64,000 bases of DNA from Candidatus Omnitrophota bacterium (GTDB taxonomy: Bacteria > Omnitrophota > Gorgyraeia > Gygaellales > JAQTUX01): positions 544,662 to 608,661 of the forward strand of contig JAQTUX010000001.1 in assembly GCA_028707125.1 (NCBI GenBank), in the 5' to 3' direction. The notes beneath the pieces were generated by a model. The model saw only the letters and a program-made list of their open reading frames with translations, was not told the origin of the DNA and did not search any database. Positions 48,144 to 58,022 of this stretch are shown in pieces (within the stretch, counting starts at the first letter, position 1; each line of letters opens with the position of its first letter). Both the position numbers and the translations under genes were made by a program.

Positions 48144-49178
48144 ATGAATAAGACCCTGAAAGAGATAGCCGATATAATTGAGGGAAATATAGTCGGGGAC
48201 CAAAGCACGGTTATTACCGGCGTATGCGGCATAGAAGACGCGCTTGAAGGGGATATAACCTTTCTTGCCAATTCAAAGTATGCCCCCCTTATAAATACGA
48301 CCAGGGCATCGGCTATCATCACTTCCAGGGAGATAAAGTCCGCCCCCAAGCCGATCATCCAGACGGAAAATCCATCTTTTGCCTTTGCCAGGATAGTGGA
48401 GATGGTTTCCGCGTCTGAGATAAAACACCCAAAGGGCATACACAAAACAGCGGTCGTCGGGAAAGAAGTAAAATTAGGCAAGGGTGTTTCTTTAGGCGCT
48501 TACGTAGTTATTGATGACGGCGCCAGCGTGGGGGATGACAGCGTAATATACGCGGGCAGTTTTATCGGCCGCGATACATCCATAGGCAAGGGCGCGCTTA
48601 TATACCCCAATGTTTCCATAAGGGAGCGCGTAACGATCGGCGACAGGGTAATAATACACAGCGGCTCTGTCATAGGCTCCGACGGGTTCGGATTTGTGCA
48701 GATCAAGGGCGTCCACCACAAGATACCGCAGCGCGGTACCGTGGTCATTGAAGACGATGTGGAGATCGGGGCGAACGTGGCCATAGACAGGGCGCGTTTT
48801 GACAAGACCATCATCGGCAAAGGCACAAAGATAGACAATCTGGTCCAGATCGCCCACAACGTAGCCATAGGAGAAAACTCCATTGTCGTTTCTCAGGCAG
48901 GCATTTCCGGAAGCACGCGCGTAGGCAAGGGAGTGACTATAGCCGGACAGGCGGGCCTGGTAGGGCACATCACCGTAGGGGACAAGGCCGTAATAGCCGC
49001 GCAGGCAGGCGTTACGAAATCGGTCCCTGCCGATGCCATGGTGTCGGGATACCCGGCCAGGGATCATAAGGAAGCAAAGCGGGTGAACGCCTGCGTACAG
49101 ATGCTGCCCGGACTTTACGAGACGGTAAAGGCGCTTAAAAAGAAGATCGAAGATCTGGAAACGCGCCTGAAAAAGTAG
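48144..49178 (+). CDS. lpxD: UDP-3-O-acylglucosamine N-acyltransferase
   Basis: Left-handed beta-helix hexapeptide repeats, LpxD N-terminal domain. Confidence 0.85.
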   Translation: MNKTLKEIADIIEGNIVGDQSTVITGVCGIEDALEGDITFLANSKYAPLINTTRASAIITSREIKSAPKPIIQTENPSFAFARIVEMVSASEIKHPKGIHKTAVVGKEVKLGKGVSLGAYVVIDDGASVGDDSVIYAGSFIGRDTSIGKGALIYPNVSIRERVTIGDRVIIHSGSVIGSDGFGFVQIKGVHHKIPQRGTVVIEDDVEIGANVAIDRARFDKTIIGKGTKIDNLVQIAHNVAIGENSIVVSQAGISGSTRVGKGVTIAGQAGLVGHITVGDKAVIAAQAGVTKSVPADAMVSGYPARDHKEAKRVNACVQMLPGLYETVKALKKKIEDLETRLKK

Positions 49179-49185
49179 GAGAGGG

Positions 49186-50505
49186 ATGGAATTACAGCAT
49201 ACGATAAAGAAGAAGGTGGATCTGCGCGGCAAGGGCCTGCATACAGGCAAAAAAGTTGAGATGAGCTTTAAGCCGGCGCCGGAAAATACGGGGATCGTGT
49301 TCATAAGGACAGACCTTCCCGGTTCGCCTCAGCTGCGGGCAGAGCCGGAGTCGCTGCTTCCCTCCGGGAGCAGCCTGAGAAGGACCTCCATAGGCAAGGG
49401 CAATGTCGAGATACATACCATTGAGCACGTTATGGCGGTATTCGCCGGGCTCAATATAGACAATATATACGTGGAATTGGACGCCAGCGAGGTCGGCGGT
49501 TTTGACGGCAGCGGCGAGGTTTTCCTGGACGCGCTTATGCGCGCGGGGGTAAAAGAGCAGGAAGCGGAGAGGAAATGTTTTTCTCTTAAGGAGCCCATAT
49601 TTGTGGAAGAGAAAGACGCGATGGTCGCGGCGCTTCCATCTTCGGACTTCAGGGTATCCTATACTTTAAGCTACAATCATCCTTTGCTGCGGGCGCAGTT
49701 TCTGGACGTGGTGGTAAGCCCCAATGAATTCCGCCTGCAGATCGCCTCTTCCCGCACTTTCTGCCTTCAGGAGGAGTCCGATGAATTGCGCAAGCAGGGC
49801 CTGGGCAAAGGCGCCAATTACGACAACACGCTTGTCGTGGGAAAACAGGGGGTAATAAAAAACCGCCTGAGGTACGAGGATGAGTTTGTCAGGCACAAGG
49901 TTTTAGACCTTATCGGCGACCTGTACCTGCTGGGCATGCCGGTCAAAGGCCACATATTCGCGGTGAAAAGCGGCCATTCCTTGAACCTGAAACTCTTAAG
50001 GCGCGTACACCAGCAGAAGGAGCGTTATTCTTTAGGCGGCATCAGCGCCGGATATCAGCCGGTCGAAGGCGAGCAATTAGATTCCAGGATGATAATGAAG
50101 ATACTGCCGCACCGCTACCCGTTCCTGCTTGTTGACAAGATAGTCCAGATGGAGAAGGGCAAGCGCGCGGTCGGGGTAAAGAACGTTACCATCAACGACT
50201 ATTTCTTTAAGGGGCATTTTCCCGGCAGGCCGATCATGCCCGGTGTCTTGATCGTAGAGGCAATGGCCCAGGTCGGCGGGGTAATGATGCTTTCCCCGGA
50301 AGAGAACAGGGGCAAGCTGGCATATTTTATGGCCGTTAATAACGTGAAGTTCAGGAAGACCGTCGTGCCCGGAGACGTGCTTGTCCTGGAGGTCCATGTC
50401 GGCAGGATCAAATCCAAGACCGGCCAGGTGCACGGCAAGGCGTTTGTCGACGGCAAAGAGGTCGCGGAGGCCGACCTTATGTTCGCGTTAGTTGAGGATC
50501 AATGA
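49186..50505 (+). CDS. lpxC: bifunctional UDP-3-O-acyl-GlcNAc deacetylase / 3-hydroxyacyl-ACP dehydratase (LpxC-FabZ fusion)
   Basis: N-terminal LpxC (…RGKGLHTGKKV…HTIEHVMA…) fused in frame to FabZ hotdog (…YPFLLVDKI…GHFPGRPIMPGVLIVEAMAQ…). Confidence 0.85.
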   Translation: MELQHTIKKKVDLRGKGLHTGKKVEMSFKPAPENTGIVFIRTDLPGSPQLRAEPESLLPSGSSLRRTSIGKGNVEIHTIEHVMAVFAGLNIDNIYVELDASEVGGFDGSGEVFLDALMRAGVKEQEAERKCFSLKEPIFVEEKDAMVAALPSSDFRVSYTLSYNHPLLRAQFLDVVVSPNEFRLQIASSRTFCLQEESDELRKQGLGKGANYDNTLVVGKQGVIKNRLRYEDEFVRHKVLDLIGDLYLLGMPVKGHIFAVKSGHSLNLKLLRRVHQQKERYSLGGISAGYQPVEGEQLDSRMIMKILPHRYPFLLVDKIVQMEKGKRAVGVKNVTINDYFFKGHFPGRPIMPGVLIVEAMAQVGGVMMLSPEENRGKLAYFMAVNNVKFRKTVVPGDVLVLEVHVGRIKSKTGQVHGKAFVDGKEVAEADLMFALVEDQ

Positions 50506-51290
50506 GCAAGATACATCCTACGGCAATAATCTCCAGGAAGGCAAAACTGGCTGACGATGTGGAAATCAGCCAGTTTGTTTCTGTGGCCGACGGCGCCGTC
50601 ATAAAAGAAGGCGTCAATATCGGCCCCTTCGCCGTTATCGGCGGTAATACGACCATAGGCAGGAACTGCAGGATATTCACCGGGGCCGTCGTGGGAAGCA
50701 TCCCTCAGGACCTGAAATACGGCGGCGAGCAAAGCTTCCTGGAAATTGGAGACAATAATGTTATAAGAGAATACTGCACCTTGAACCTGGGAACAGGCGA
50801 GGGCGGCAGGACTGTTGTGGGCAACGACAATTTGATCATGGCTTATTCTCATATCGCCCACGACTGCCGCGTAGGCAATGATTGCGTTATCGCCAATAAC
50901 GGCACATTGGCAGGGCACGTTACAATTGAAGATAAGGTAGTTATAGGCGGTTTGTCTGCCGTGCATCAGTTTGTCAGGGTGGGAGAACTCTCAATCATCG
51001 GCGGCTGCTCCAAGGCTGTCCAGGACATACCTCCGTTTTCAACCTGCGACGGCCATCCCGCGAGGGTCTACGGGCTTAACTCATTAGGTTTGAGACGGGC
51101 CAAATTTTCTTCGGATACGATAAAGGCGCTAAGCCACGCATTTAAGGTCATTTTCGCTTCCGGCCTTAGCCCTCAACACGCCGCGGCAGAGATAGATACC
51201 AAAGGCATTCCGGAATTATCCCGCCTCGTGGATTTTATCAAGGGGTCAAAAAGAGGCATCAGCCGTTCCGCGCGTAAATATAACGTATGA
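50502..51290 (+). CDS. lpxA: acyl-ACP:UDP-GlcNAc O-acyltransferase
   Basis: Hexapeptide beta-helix plus LpxA C-terminal helical domain. Confidence 0.85.
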   Translation: MSKIHPTAIISRKAKLADDVEISQFVSVADGAVIKEGVNIGPFAVIGGNTTIGRNCRIFTGAVVGSIPQDLKYGGEQSFLEIGDNNVIREYCTLNLGTGEGGRTVVGNDNLIMAYSHIAHDCRVGNDCVIANNGTLAGHVTIEDKVVIGGLSAVHQFVRVGELSIIGGCSKAVQDIPPFSTCDGHPARVYGLNSLGLRRAKFSSDTIKALSHAFKVIFASGLSPQHAAAEIDTKGIPELSRLVDFIKGSKRGISRSARKYNV

Positions 51291-52090
51291 AACGCATAGG
51301 CCTGATAGCAGGAAGGGGAAGGTTTCCTTTGATCTTTGCCGCTGAGGCGAAGAAGAGGGGGTATTATGTGGTCGCTTTGGGCATAAGGGGCGATACGTTA
51401 GCTTCCCTGAAGCGGTTGGTCGATAAGATCTACTGGCTTAATTTCAACGAATTATCCAGCGTCAACGGGATATTCAGCCGCGAGGGCGTAGGCGAGGCAG
51501 TGATGGCGGGCCAGGTAAACCCGGCGCATCTTTTCAGCAGGAAACTCTACGAAGACGCCCAGCTTAAAAAGGTCATAGAAAATATAGAGAACAAAAAGGC
51601 GGATACCATTTTCAGGGCGATAATAGGGCATATAGAGTCAGGCGGCATAAAATTCCTTGATTCCAACATATTCCTTGACGATCATCTCCCTAAGCAGGGC
51701 GTATTGACCAGCCGGCAGCCTGATGAGCCGCAGTGGCAGGACCTGCGCTTCGGCTATGATATTGCCAAGGATGTGGCAGGCCTTGACATAGGGCAGACCG
51801 TCTGCGTAAAAAATAAGGCGATAGTAGCTGTTGAGGCGCTGGAAGGAACGGACAACACCATAAGAAGGGCCGGGGCCATTGCCCGCGCGGGATTCTCAGT
51901 GGTCAAGGTAAGCCGGCCCAAACAGGATATGCGCTTTGATATCCCCGTGGTAGGCCTGCGCACGATCTCCGTGATACGCAAGGCCAAAGGTGCCTGCCTT
52001 GGCGTTGAGGCAGGCAAGACCATTATTCTGGACAAGGAAGATTTTATAAGATACGCGGACAGGAAAGGCGTAGCGGTGGCAGCCCTATGA
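51287..52090 (+). CDS. lpxI: UDP-2,3-diacylglucosamine hydrolase LpxI (DUF1009)
   Basis: MKRIGLIAGRGRFPL N-terminus typical of LpxI; location after lpxA. Confidence 0.7.
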   Translation: MKRIGLIAGRGRFPLIFAAEAKKRGYYVVALGIRGDTLASLKRLVDKIYWLNFNELSSVNGIFSREGVGEAVMAGQVNPAHLFSRKLYEDAQLKKVIENIENKKADTIFRAIIGHIESGGIKFLDSNIFLDDHLPKQGVLTSRQPDEPQWQDLRFGYDIAKDVAGLDIGQTVCVKNKAIVAVEALEGTDNTIRRAGAIARAGFSVVKVSRPKQDMRFDIPVVGLRTISVIRKAKGACLGVEAGKTIILDKEDFIRYADRKGVAVAAL

Positions 52091-52806
52091 AGTATCTATA
52101 CGGCCCGGTCAAATCCCGCAGGTTAGGATATTCGCTGGGAGTAAGTTTAGTGCCTCATAAGGTATGCAACTTCGACTGCGTCTACTGCCAGTTGGGCCGC
52201 ACCACGGTGCATACGGACAGAAGAAAAGAATACGTGAAGATCGAAGAGATCGTGGCCGAGATCAGGGAGTGGCTGGAGAGGGCGGAGGATGCCCCGCAGA
52301 GTTTGGACTATATAACCATTTCCGGCTCAGGCGAGCCGCTTCTTAACGCCGGTATAGGCGATCTGATAAAAAAGATAAAGGATCTGACCTCTGTGCCTTT
52401 GGCGCTTATAACCAACAGCCAGTGCATGGTGGATAAAGGGATAAGACGGGCCTTGAAGGGCGTTGACCTGATAGTGCCGTCGCTGGACGCGGTAACCCAG
52501 GAGGAATTTGAGAAGATAGACAGGCCGGCAGGCAATATAAAGATATACGATATCATAAAGGGCCTGATACACATGAGAAAGGAATTTAAAGGCAGGATAT
52601 GGCTTGAGATAATGATCGTAAAGGGCATAAACGACAGCACCGATTATATCAAATACTTCAAGCCGGTATTATCGCGGATCGATCCTGATAAGATACAATT
52701 GAACACGCCTGTGCGCTGCCCTGACTTGAGGCACAGCGCCGTGCCGGATACGAAGGCGCTGGGGAAGATAAAGAAGATGCTGGGAAGCAAGTGTGAAATT
52801 ATTTAA
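52087..52806 (+). CDS. radical SAM protein (small, single-domain)
   Basis: CNFDCVYC (C-x3-C-x2-C) near N-terminus; 239 aa. Confidence 0.6.
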   Translation: MKYLYGPVKSRRLGYSLGVSLVPHKVCNFDCVYCQLGRTTVHTDRRKEYVKIEEIVAEIREWLERAEDAPQSLDYITISGSGEPLLNAGIGDLIKKIKDLTSVPLALITNSQCMVDKGIRRALKGVDLIVPSLDAVTQEEFEKIDRPAGNIKIYDIIKGLIHMRKEFKGRIWLEIMIVKGINDSTDYIKYFKPVLSRIDPDKIQLNTPVRCPDLRHSAVPDTKALGKIKKMLGSKCEII

Positions 52807-52820
52807 ATGGAGGATTTAAA

Positions 52821-53618
52821 ATGGAATGGGGTATGAAGAACAGGTTATCAAGGATAATTAATCCCAGGACAAAACGCTGCGTTATGCTGGCGGTTGACCA
52901 CGGTTATTTTCAGGGCCCGACCACGGGCCTGCGTGATCTGGGCAGGACGGTTGAACCCCTGCTGCCGTACGCGGACGCGCTTATGATAACCAGAGGCGCC
53001 TTGAGGAACTGGGTCGCGCCCGAGATGGATAAGCCGGTAGTGCTGCGCGTTTCCGGCGGTACAAGCATCCTTAAGGAACTTTCCAATGAAATATTGACCG
53101 CTTCCATAGAAGACGCCATACGCGTCAACGCCTCGGCGATCACCTGCTCGGTCTTTATCGGAGGCGAATATGAAAAGCAGAGTATCAGTAACCTGGCGCA
53201 GATCGTGGACTGGGGAGAGAAATACGGCATACCTGTTTTGGCGGTAACAGCCGTGGGAAAAGAGATGGCGCGCGAGGCGCGCTATCTGGGGCTTGCCTGC
53301 CGTATTTGCGTGGAAACAGGCGCGCGTATGGTAAAGACCTATTATTGCGATAATTTCTCTGAAGTGGTTGAGGCGTGCGGCAGCGTGCCTGTTGTCATCG
53401 CCGGCGGCAAGAAGATAGAAGAGAAGGCGGCTTTGGAGATGGCATTCAATGCTATAAAGGAAGGCGCCGTAGGCGTTGATATGGGCAGGAACGTATTTCA
53501 GTCGGATAATCCCGTAGGGATGATGAAGGCGGTAAAGGCGGTTGTCCACGGCAATGTTTCTATAGCCGATGCCTTCGCGATATATAAGAGTAAGCATGAA
53601 AGTTGCTGTATATCATAG
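52821..53618 (+). CDS. DhnA-type class I aldolase family protein (FbaB / ADH-synthase-like)
   Basis: …MLAVDHG… and C-terminal lysine-region pattern of DeoC/DhnA-type aldolases. Confidence 0.6.
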   Translation: MEWGMKNRLSRIINPRTKRCVMLAVDHGYFQGPTTGLRDLGRTVEPLLPYADALMITRGALRNWVAPEMDKPVVLRVSGGTSILKELSNEILTASIEDAIRVNASAITCSVFIGGEYEKQSISNLAQIVDWGEKYGIPVLAVTAVGKEMAREARYLGLACRICVETGARMVKTYYCDNFSEVVEACGSVPVVIAGGKKIEEKAALEMAFNAIKEGAVGVDMGRNVFQSDNPVGMMKAVKAVVHGNVSIADAFAIYKSKHESCCIS

Positions 53619-54576
53619 TAATAACGATATAAGGATACAGGATCTCCCCGTGCCAGAAGTTAAGTCCGGGGAGATTTTGGTTAAGGTCAGGGCATCCGGC
53701 ATCTGCGGCACCGACGTTATGGAATGGTACAGGATAAAGAAGGCGCCGCGGGTATTGGGCCATGAGATAAGCGGGGATATCGTTGAGTCAAAATCCGACA
53801 GATTCAAGGCAGGCCAGCGCGTATTCGTAAGCCACCATGTCCCCTGTAATCAATGTAAATACTGCCTGGAGGGTGATCATACCGCCTGTGAAACCCTGCA
53901 TAACGGCAACTATGAGCCAGGAGGTTACAGCGAATTTGTGCGCGTGCCTGAGATAAACGTTGAGCGCGGCACCTATATTTTGCCCGAAAATATTTCCTAT
54001 GAAGAGGCGGCGATGATCGAGCCGCTTGCCTGCGCGGTCAGGGGGATAAGGGTGGTCAACGTCAAGGCCGGGCATACCGTATTGGTCTTGGGCTGCGGCA
54101 TTTCCGGCTTGCTGAATATCCGTCTGGCAAAACTCAAAGGCGCGAAGGTCATTGCCACGGATATAAACGCCTTCCGGCTGGACAAGGCAAGAGAGTCCGG
54201 CGCGGATGAGGTGGTAGATGTAAGCAAAAAACAGGTTGATACCAGGGCAGACAGAGTGGTGGTCTCAACGGGCGCCCCCAGCGCGGTTGAGACGGCATTT
54301 AAGTGTGTTGACAGAAAAGGCGTAATACTCTTTTTTGCCATACCCAATAAGAACATTGAGATACCTGCCGTAGATTTCTGGCGCAATGAAATAACAGTTA
54401 CCTCTTCTTATGGGGCGGCGCCGGTCGATCTGGAGGAGGCGTTGGAGTTGATCCGGAACGGCAGAGTCAGGGTTAAGGATATGATAACGCATTGCCTGCC
54501 TCTGGAAGAGATAAAAGAGGGCTTCCGGCTGGTTTCCCAGGCAAAGGACTCTCTGAAGGTAGTATTGAAACCGTAG
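53596..54576 (+). CDS. zinc-dependent alcohol/threonine dehydrogenase family protein
   Basis: GHE…C…C-x2-C-x2-C-x7-C structural zinc motif and GxGxxG Rossmann (LGCGISG). Confidence 0.75.
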   Translation: MKVAVYHSNNDIRIQDLPVPEVKSGEILVKVRASGICGTDVMEWYRIKKAPRVLGHEISGDIVESKSDRFKAGQRVFVSHHVPCNQCKYCLEGDHTACETLHNGNYEPGGYSEFVRVPEINVERGTYILPENISYEEAAMIEPLACAVRGIRVVNVKAGHTVLVLGCGISGLLNIRLAKLKGAKVIATDINAFRLDKARESGADEVVDVSKKQVDTRADRVVVSTGAPSAVETAFKCVDRKGVILFFAIPNKNIEIPAVDFWRNEITVTSSYGAAPVDLEEALELIRNGRVRVKDMITHCLPLEEIKEGFRLVSQAKDSLKVVLKP

Positions 54577-54680
54577 CGCGGCATCACCTTATACTTAAGC
54601 TAATTCTGCAACCGCTTTCATAAATTCCCCTTAATGCCGTTGTTTTTCCTATTTAGTTCACGTATACTTATATTACAGTA

Positions 54681-57296
54681 ATGAAGAGAATACACATGCC
54701 AAAATACAGCCTCTCCATATTAATATTAGCGGTTGTCTTTATGTTTACAGGTATGCCCTATACTTCAGGGGATACCATAGTTACATCCGATTTGGTAGAC
54801 GCCGTTATAAGATGCGATCTTGATGGCGACGGCGATGTAGACGTTAAAGATTGGCTTTCCTTTAGAGCAGGATACATAGCGCGCAATCCCCTCTATGACC
54901 TTAACGGTGACAATAGAGTCGATAGATCGGACTTACTGTTTTTCAGGAGTCATTTTAGGCAGAGTGCCATTGAACTCATGCAGGAATGGCTGGGGTCTGA
55001 CGTTGTATCGGAAAGATGGAATGCCATAGGAAAGCTTGGCGACATAGGTACTGGTTGGGCCATTGATATGCTGCTGGGCCATATAGCTGACGAGGAAGAT
55101 TCAGCCAATCGGGAGTCGATAACAGGCATCATCAACAATATAGGCGGTGAGACCGACAGGGAAATAGCGCTGCGCCTTAATGATTTATTCTATAGTTCGT
55201 CTTTAACGAGCTGGCCCAAAGTCGATGCGGTCTGGATGCTGAGCGAGATAGAGAGGCCATGGATAGCAGATCTTTTATTGTCGTTGCTGAGCGAATCCCC
55301 GAATTATTTTGTCCGGAAGGCAGTTGCGGAGAGCGCAGGGACATTGTACAACCCGGACGCCAGGTATGTTCCGTCATTATTGGATGCTTTACAGAACGAT
55401 ACAGAACGCACAGTCAGAAGAGAGGCTGCCTGGTCTTTATACCAGATATACGATATCCTGCCGGAGGCATTTGAGGAAGTAGACATCAATATGCTTTTTG
55501 AGCTTTTTCAGGCAGAAGACGACAAGGACACACGGCTGTCGACCATAGACCTCATAGGCAAAATAGGGAACGAGCAGGATTATCAGGTAGCGCAGAACAT
55601 AAACATCTTGTTATCAACTTACAACAGGAGCAAGTTGATTACTGCTGTGAATGCATTGGGAGATTTGGGCGATATTCGTGCCATCGGGCCTCTAATGGCA
55701 TTCTTGCAAGGGGAGGCCTCTTTAGGATTGAGAGACGATGTTATATCTGCCATAGGCAGGGTATTGGGCGGCGCAACAGGAGATGTTTCCGCTGTAGTAG
55801 ATGCCCTGGTAGGTATTTATGAAATCAGCGGCGGCATAGACGATACGACCGAATATTTGTATAAAAGCTCCATAATAAATGCATTGGCGTCATTACGATC
55901 ATCGAGGGTTGTAGACATTTTCATAGAATGGATGAAAGACTCAACGCGCCACTTATTGTCCCTGCAGGAATTTTCTTATCTTGACCTCATTATAAATAGT
56001 CTGGGTAAGATGGATTCTGTTTATGGCATAGACGCATTGATCAATTGTCTGGGCGAGGACAATGAAGATTTCCGCATGAGCGCTGCCAAGGCGCTGGGTA
56101 AGATTGGCCCTGCGGCAGTAGGATCGCTGCAGAGGGTCTTGAACACGGGCAATCTTCAGGCAAAGCGCCATGCGGCCATAGCCCTGGGTGATATGCAGGA
56201 CATACGGGCAATTGATGCCCTGGTTAATACGTTTGGTGACGCAGATGAAGGGTTAAGCTTTATTCTCGCGCCTGATGCACTGGCGCGGATCGGGGCTTCT
56301 GCGCAAGGCGCCCTGTTAAGGGCAGCGAATAATGAAAATTGGCGGCTGCGCGCAGGGGCTGCGATAACAATGGGAAGGCTGAGAACCCCGGAGAATATCG
56401 CATTGCTTAACGGCCTTTTATCCGATGCGAATATCCGTGTAAGGGAAGCGGCAAAGCTGGCATTAGAAAGTAATATCGGCCCTTCTTCCAGAGACGTTCT
56501 TTTGCTTTTGTCCTATATCTTGGATAACGATTATTTAAGCTCAGTATCATCTGAGAAAGAATTGCTTAGAGTGCTTGGCAGCCTGGAGATCAGCGGAATA
56601 AGAGCGGCTTTAGGAATAGCGAATTTATATTCAGAGACAGCAAGATTGAGAGCGTATTTGAGGCAGAAGCCGCAAATACTCGCAAGGTTATTTCAAGGAC
56701 ATAATACGACGATTGATGAGATAGATAAATTTACCGTAGGAGAATTACGCTGTCTGGAAAACTTTATGGATGTCTGGCGCCTGTTGGGAGTAAATGATGA
56801 GCTGATCATGTTTAGACGCCAGATCGTCCCGCACGGTACATATTCTTTCGGGAATAGCAGGGCAGAGATAACCTTAAAAGATGCCTATTATCAGGTGCCG
56901 ATGTTTCTTCTGGACCCGCTATTACATGAGTTCGGGCATTTTCTTGATCATAGGAGATTCAGGGGGGACGCTATGTGGACAGATCCTCGCGCGGAAGACT
57001 TTGCCAATAATTTTTCCGCCTTTATGCTCGATTCAAGGGAAAAATTTTTAGAGGCCTTAAGGCAAACAAGGGGATCTCCGGGGTCGGCTTATCTTGAAGA
57101 ACTTTTGGGTATCCTGGATATTTTCTCTCAAGGTACAAATACTTCATTCCTATGCCAATGGACCGTTAATGGCATAGAAAAAATACCCGTGGAAATAGGC
57201 AGGGATTTTGCAGGCAGCATATATAGTATCGCAGGCATACCTATTGAGAATATATCGGCATTGGAGACCTTTTTCAGTAACTTATTCACTTCATAA
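54681..57296 (+). CDS. secreted dockerin-like + HEAT-repeat protein with C-terminal HExxH (MtfA/M90-like) motif
   Basis: Signal peptide; two 12-residue Ca-binding dockerin-type repeats (DLDGDGDVDVKD, DLNGDNRVDRSD); about 9 PBS-lyase-type HEAT repeats (…ALGDLGD.RAI..L…); HEFGHFLDH near C-terminus; gene is visibly more AT-rich than flanks. Confidence 0.6.
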   Translation: MKRIHMPKYSLSILILAVVFMFTGMPYTSGDTIVTSDLVDAVIRCDLDGDGDVDVKDWLSFRAGYIARNPLYDLNGDNRVDRSDLLFFRSHFRQSAIELMQEWLGSDVVSERWNAIGKLGDIGTGWAIDMLLGHIADEEDSANRESITGIINNIGGETDREIALRLNDLFYSSSLTSWPKVDAVWMLSEIERPWIADLLLSLLSESPNYFVRKAVAESAGTLYNPDARYVPSLLDALQNDTERTVRREAAWSLYQIYDILPEAFEEVDINMLFELFQAEDDKDTRLSTIDLIGKIGNEQDYQVAQNINILLSTYNRSKLITAVNALGDLGDIRAIGPLMAFLQGEASLGLRDDVISAIGRVLGGATGDVSAVVDALVGIYEISGGIDDTTEYLYKSSIINALASLRSSRVVDIFIEWMKDSTRHLLSLQEFSYLDLIINSLGKMDSVYGIDALINCLGEDNEDFRMSAAKALGKIGPAAVGSLQRVLNTGNLQAKRHAAIALGDMQDIRAIDALVNTFGDADEGLSFILAPDALARIGASAQGALLRAANNENWRLRAGAAITMGRLRTPENIALLNGLLSDANIRVREAAKLALESNIGPSSRDVLLLLSYILDNDYLSSVSSEKELLRVLGSLEISGIRAALGIANLYSETARLRAYLRQKPQILARLFQGHNTTIDEIDKFTVGELRCLENFMDVWRLLGVNDELIMFRRQIVPHGTYSFGNSRAEITLKDAYYQVPMFLLDPLLHEFGHFLDHRRFRGDAMWTDPRAEDFANNFSAFMLDSREKFLEALRQTRGSPGSAYLEELLGILDIFSQGTNTSFLCQWTVNGIEKIPVEIGRDFAGSIYSIAGIPIENISALETFFSNLFTS

Positions 57297-57316
57297 AATA
57301 CATTTCTATTTTAGCC

Positions 57317-57345
57317 TTGCCCTGTCCGTATTATCCATATATAAT
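57317..57345 (+). promoter_or_regulatory. candidate promoter TTGCCC -17- TATAAT driving tRNA-Arg
   Basis: Hexamers and 17-bp spacer about 24 nt upstream of tRNA 5' end. Confidence 0.45.
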
Positions 57346-57368
57346 AACGCCGTCCAAGCATCGATAAT

Positions 57369-57442
57369 GCGCCCATAGCTCAATTGGATAGAGCATCTGT
57401 CTTCGGAACAGAGGGTTGCGGGTTCGACTCCTGCTGGGCGTA
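57369..57442 (+). tRNA. tRNA-Arg (anticodon TCG)
   Basis: Hand-folded: acceptor GCGCCCA/TGGGCGT (G1-U72), D arm GCTC-AATTGGATA-GAGC, anticodon stem TCTGT/ACAGA loop CTTCGGA, T arm GCGGG-TTCGACT-CCTGC. Confidence 0.8.
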
Positions 57443-57459
57443 AAATTGCATATCGCCTG

Positions 57460-57488
57460 TTGCAATTCCCTCTCAATTTTGTTAAAAT
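57460..57488 (+). promoter_or_regulatory. candidate promoter TTGCAA -17- TAAAAT driving tRNA-Lys
   Basis: Near-consensus hexamers with 17-bp spacer, 16 nt upstream of tRNA. Confidence 0.45.
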
Positions 57489-57504
57489 ACGATAAGCAAA
57501 ATTC

Positions 57505-57577
57505 GGGCCGCTAGCTCAATAGGTAGAGCAGGACCCTCTTAAGGTCAAGGTTCTTGGTTCGATTCCAAGGCGGCTCA
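57505..57577 (+). tRNA. tRNA-Lys (anticodon CTT)
   Basis: Hand-folded: acceptor GGGCCGC/GCGGCTC, D arm GCTC-AATAGGTA-GAGC, anticodon loop CTCTTAA, T arm CTTGG-TTCGATT-CCAAG. Confidence 0.85.
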
Positions 57578-57591
57578 CTTAATATTCACAG

Positions 57592-58017
57592 GTGGGAAAG
57601 ATACCCTACGAATTCATTGAACACACCGCGGATATCGGCATCCGTGTCAGGGGCGGCAGTTTGGAGGATCTATTCAAGAACGCCGCCTTGGCTATGTTTG
57701 AGATAATTGCCGAGAGAAAAAAATCCGCGCCCCAGTCGGCTAAGAAACATCTGAAAATAAAACAAACAGCGGATACAACAGACGAACTCTTTATAAATTG
57801 GCTGAGCGAACTGTTATCGTTGTCTTCGGCAAAGGGATTGATATTCTCCGATCTTAAAATAGAGAAAATGGATGAAACCGGATTGCGCGCCACCGCGGCC
57901 GGAGAGGACAGCGGGAATTACAGGTTTAACAGGGAGATCAAGGCCGTCACCTATCACGGGTTTAAGTTAGAGCAGGGTCCCTCCGGCTGGCAGGCAGAAG
58001 TGATCTTTGACGTATAA
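57592..58017 (+). CDS. archease
   Basis: …YEFIEHTADIGIRV… archease N-terminal signature; GTG start 14 nt after tRNA-Lys. Confidence 0.8.
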   Translation: MGKIPYEFIEHTADIGIRVRGGSLEDLFKNAALAMFEIIAERKKSAPQSAKKHLKIKQTADTTDELFINWLSELLSLSSAKGLIFSDLKIEKMDETGLRATAAGEDSGNYRFNREIKAVTYHGFKLEQGPSGWQAEVIFDV

Positions 58018-58022
58018 AAGAG

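Noticed and set aside
54681-57296. Calling the 871-aa protein a cellulosomal enzyme
   Set aside because: Only the short dockerin-type Ca-loops are present; no glycoside hydrolase or CBM signatures, and the rest is HEAT repeats plus a zincin-like motif
57369-57442. Alternative tRNA-Arg boundaries to avoid the G1-U72 wobble
   Set aside because: Shifting the acceptor stem by one nt breaks more pairs than it fixes; D, anticodon and T arms are otherwise canonical, so the wobble is accepted
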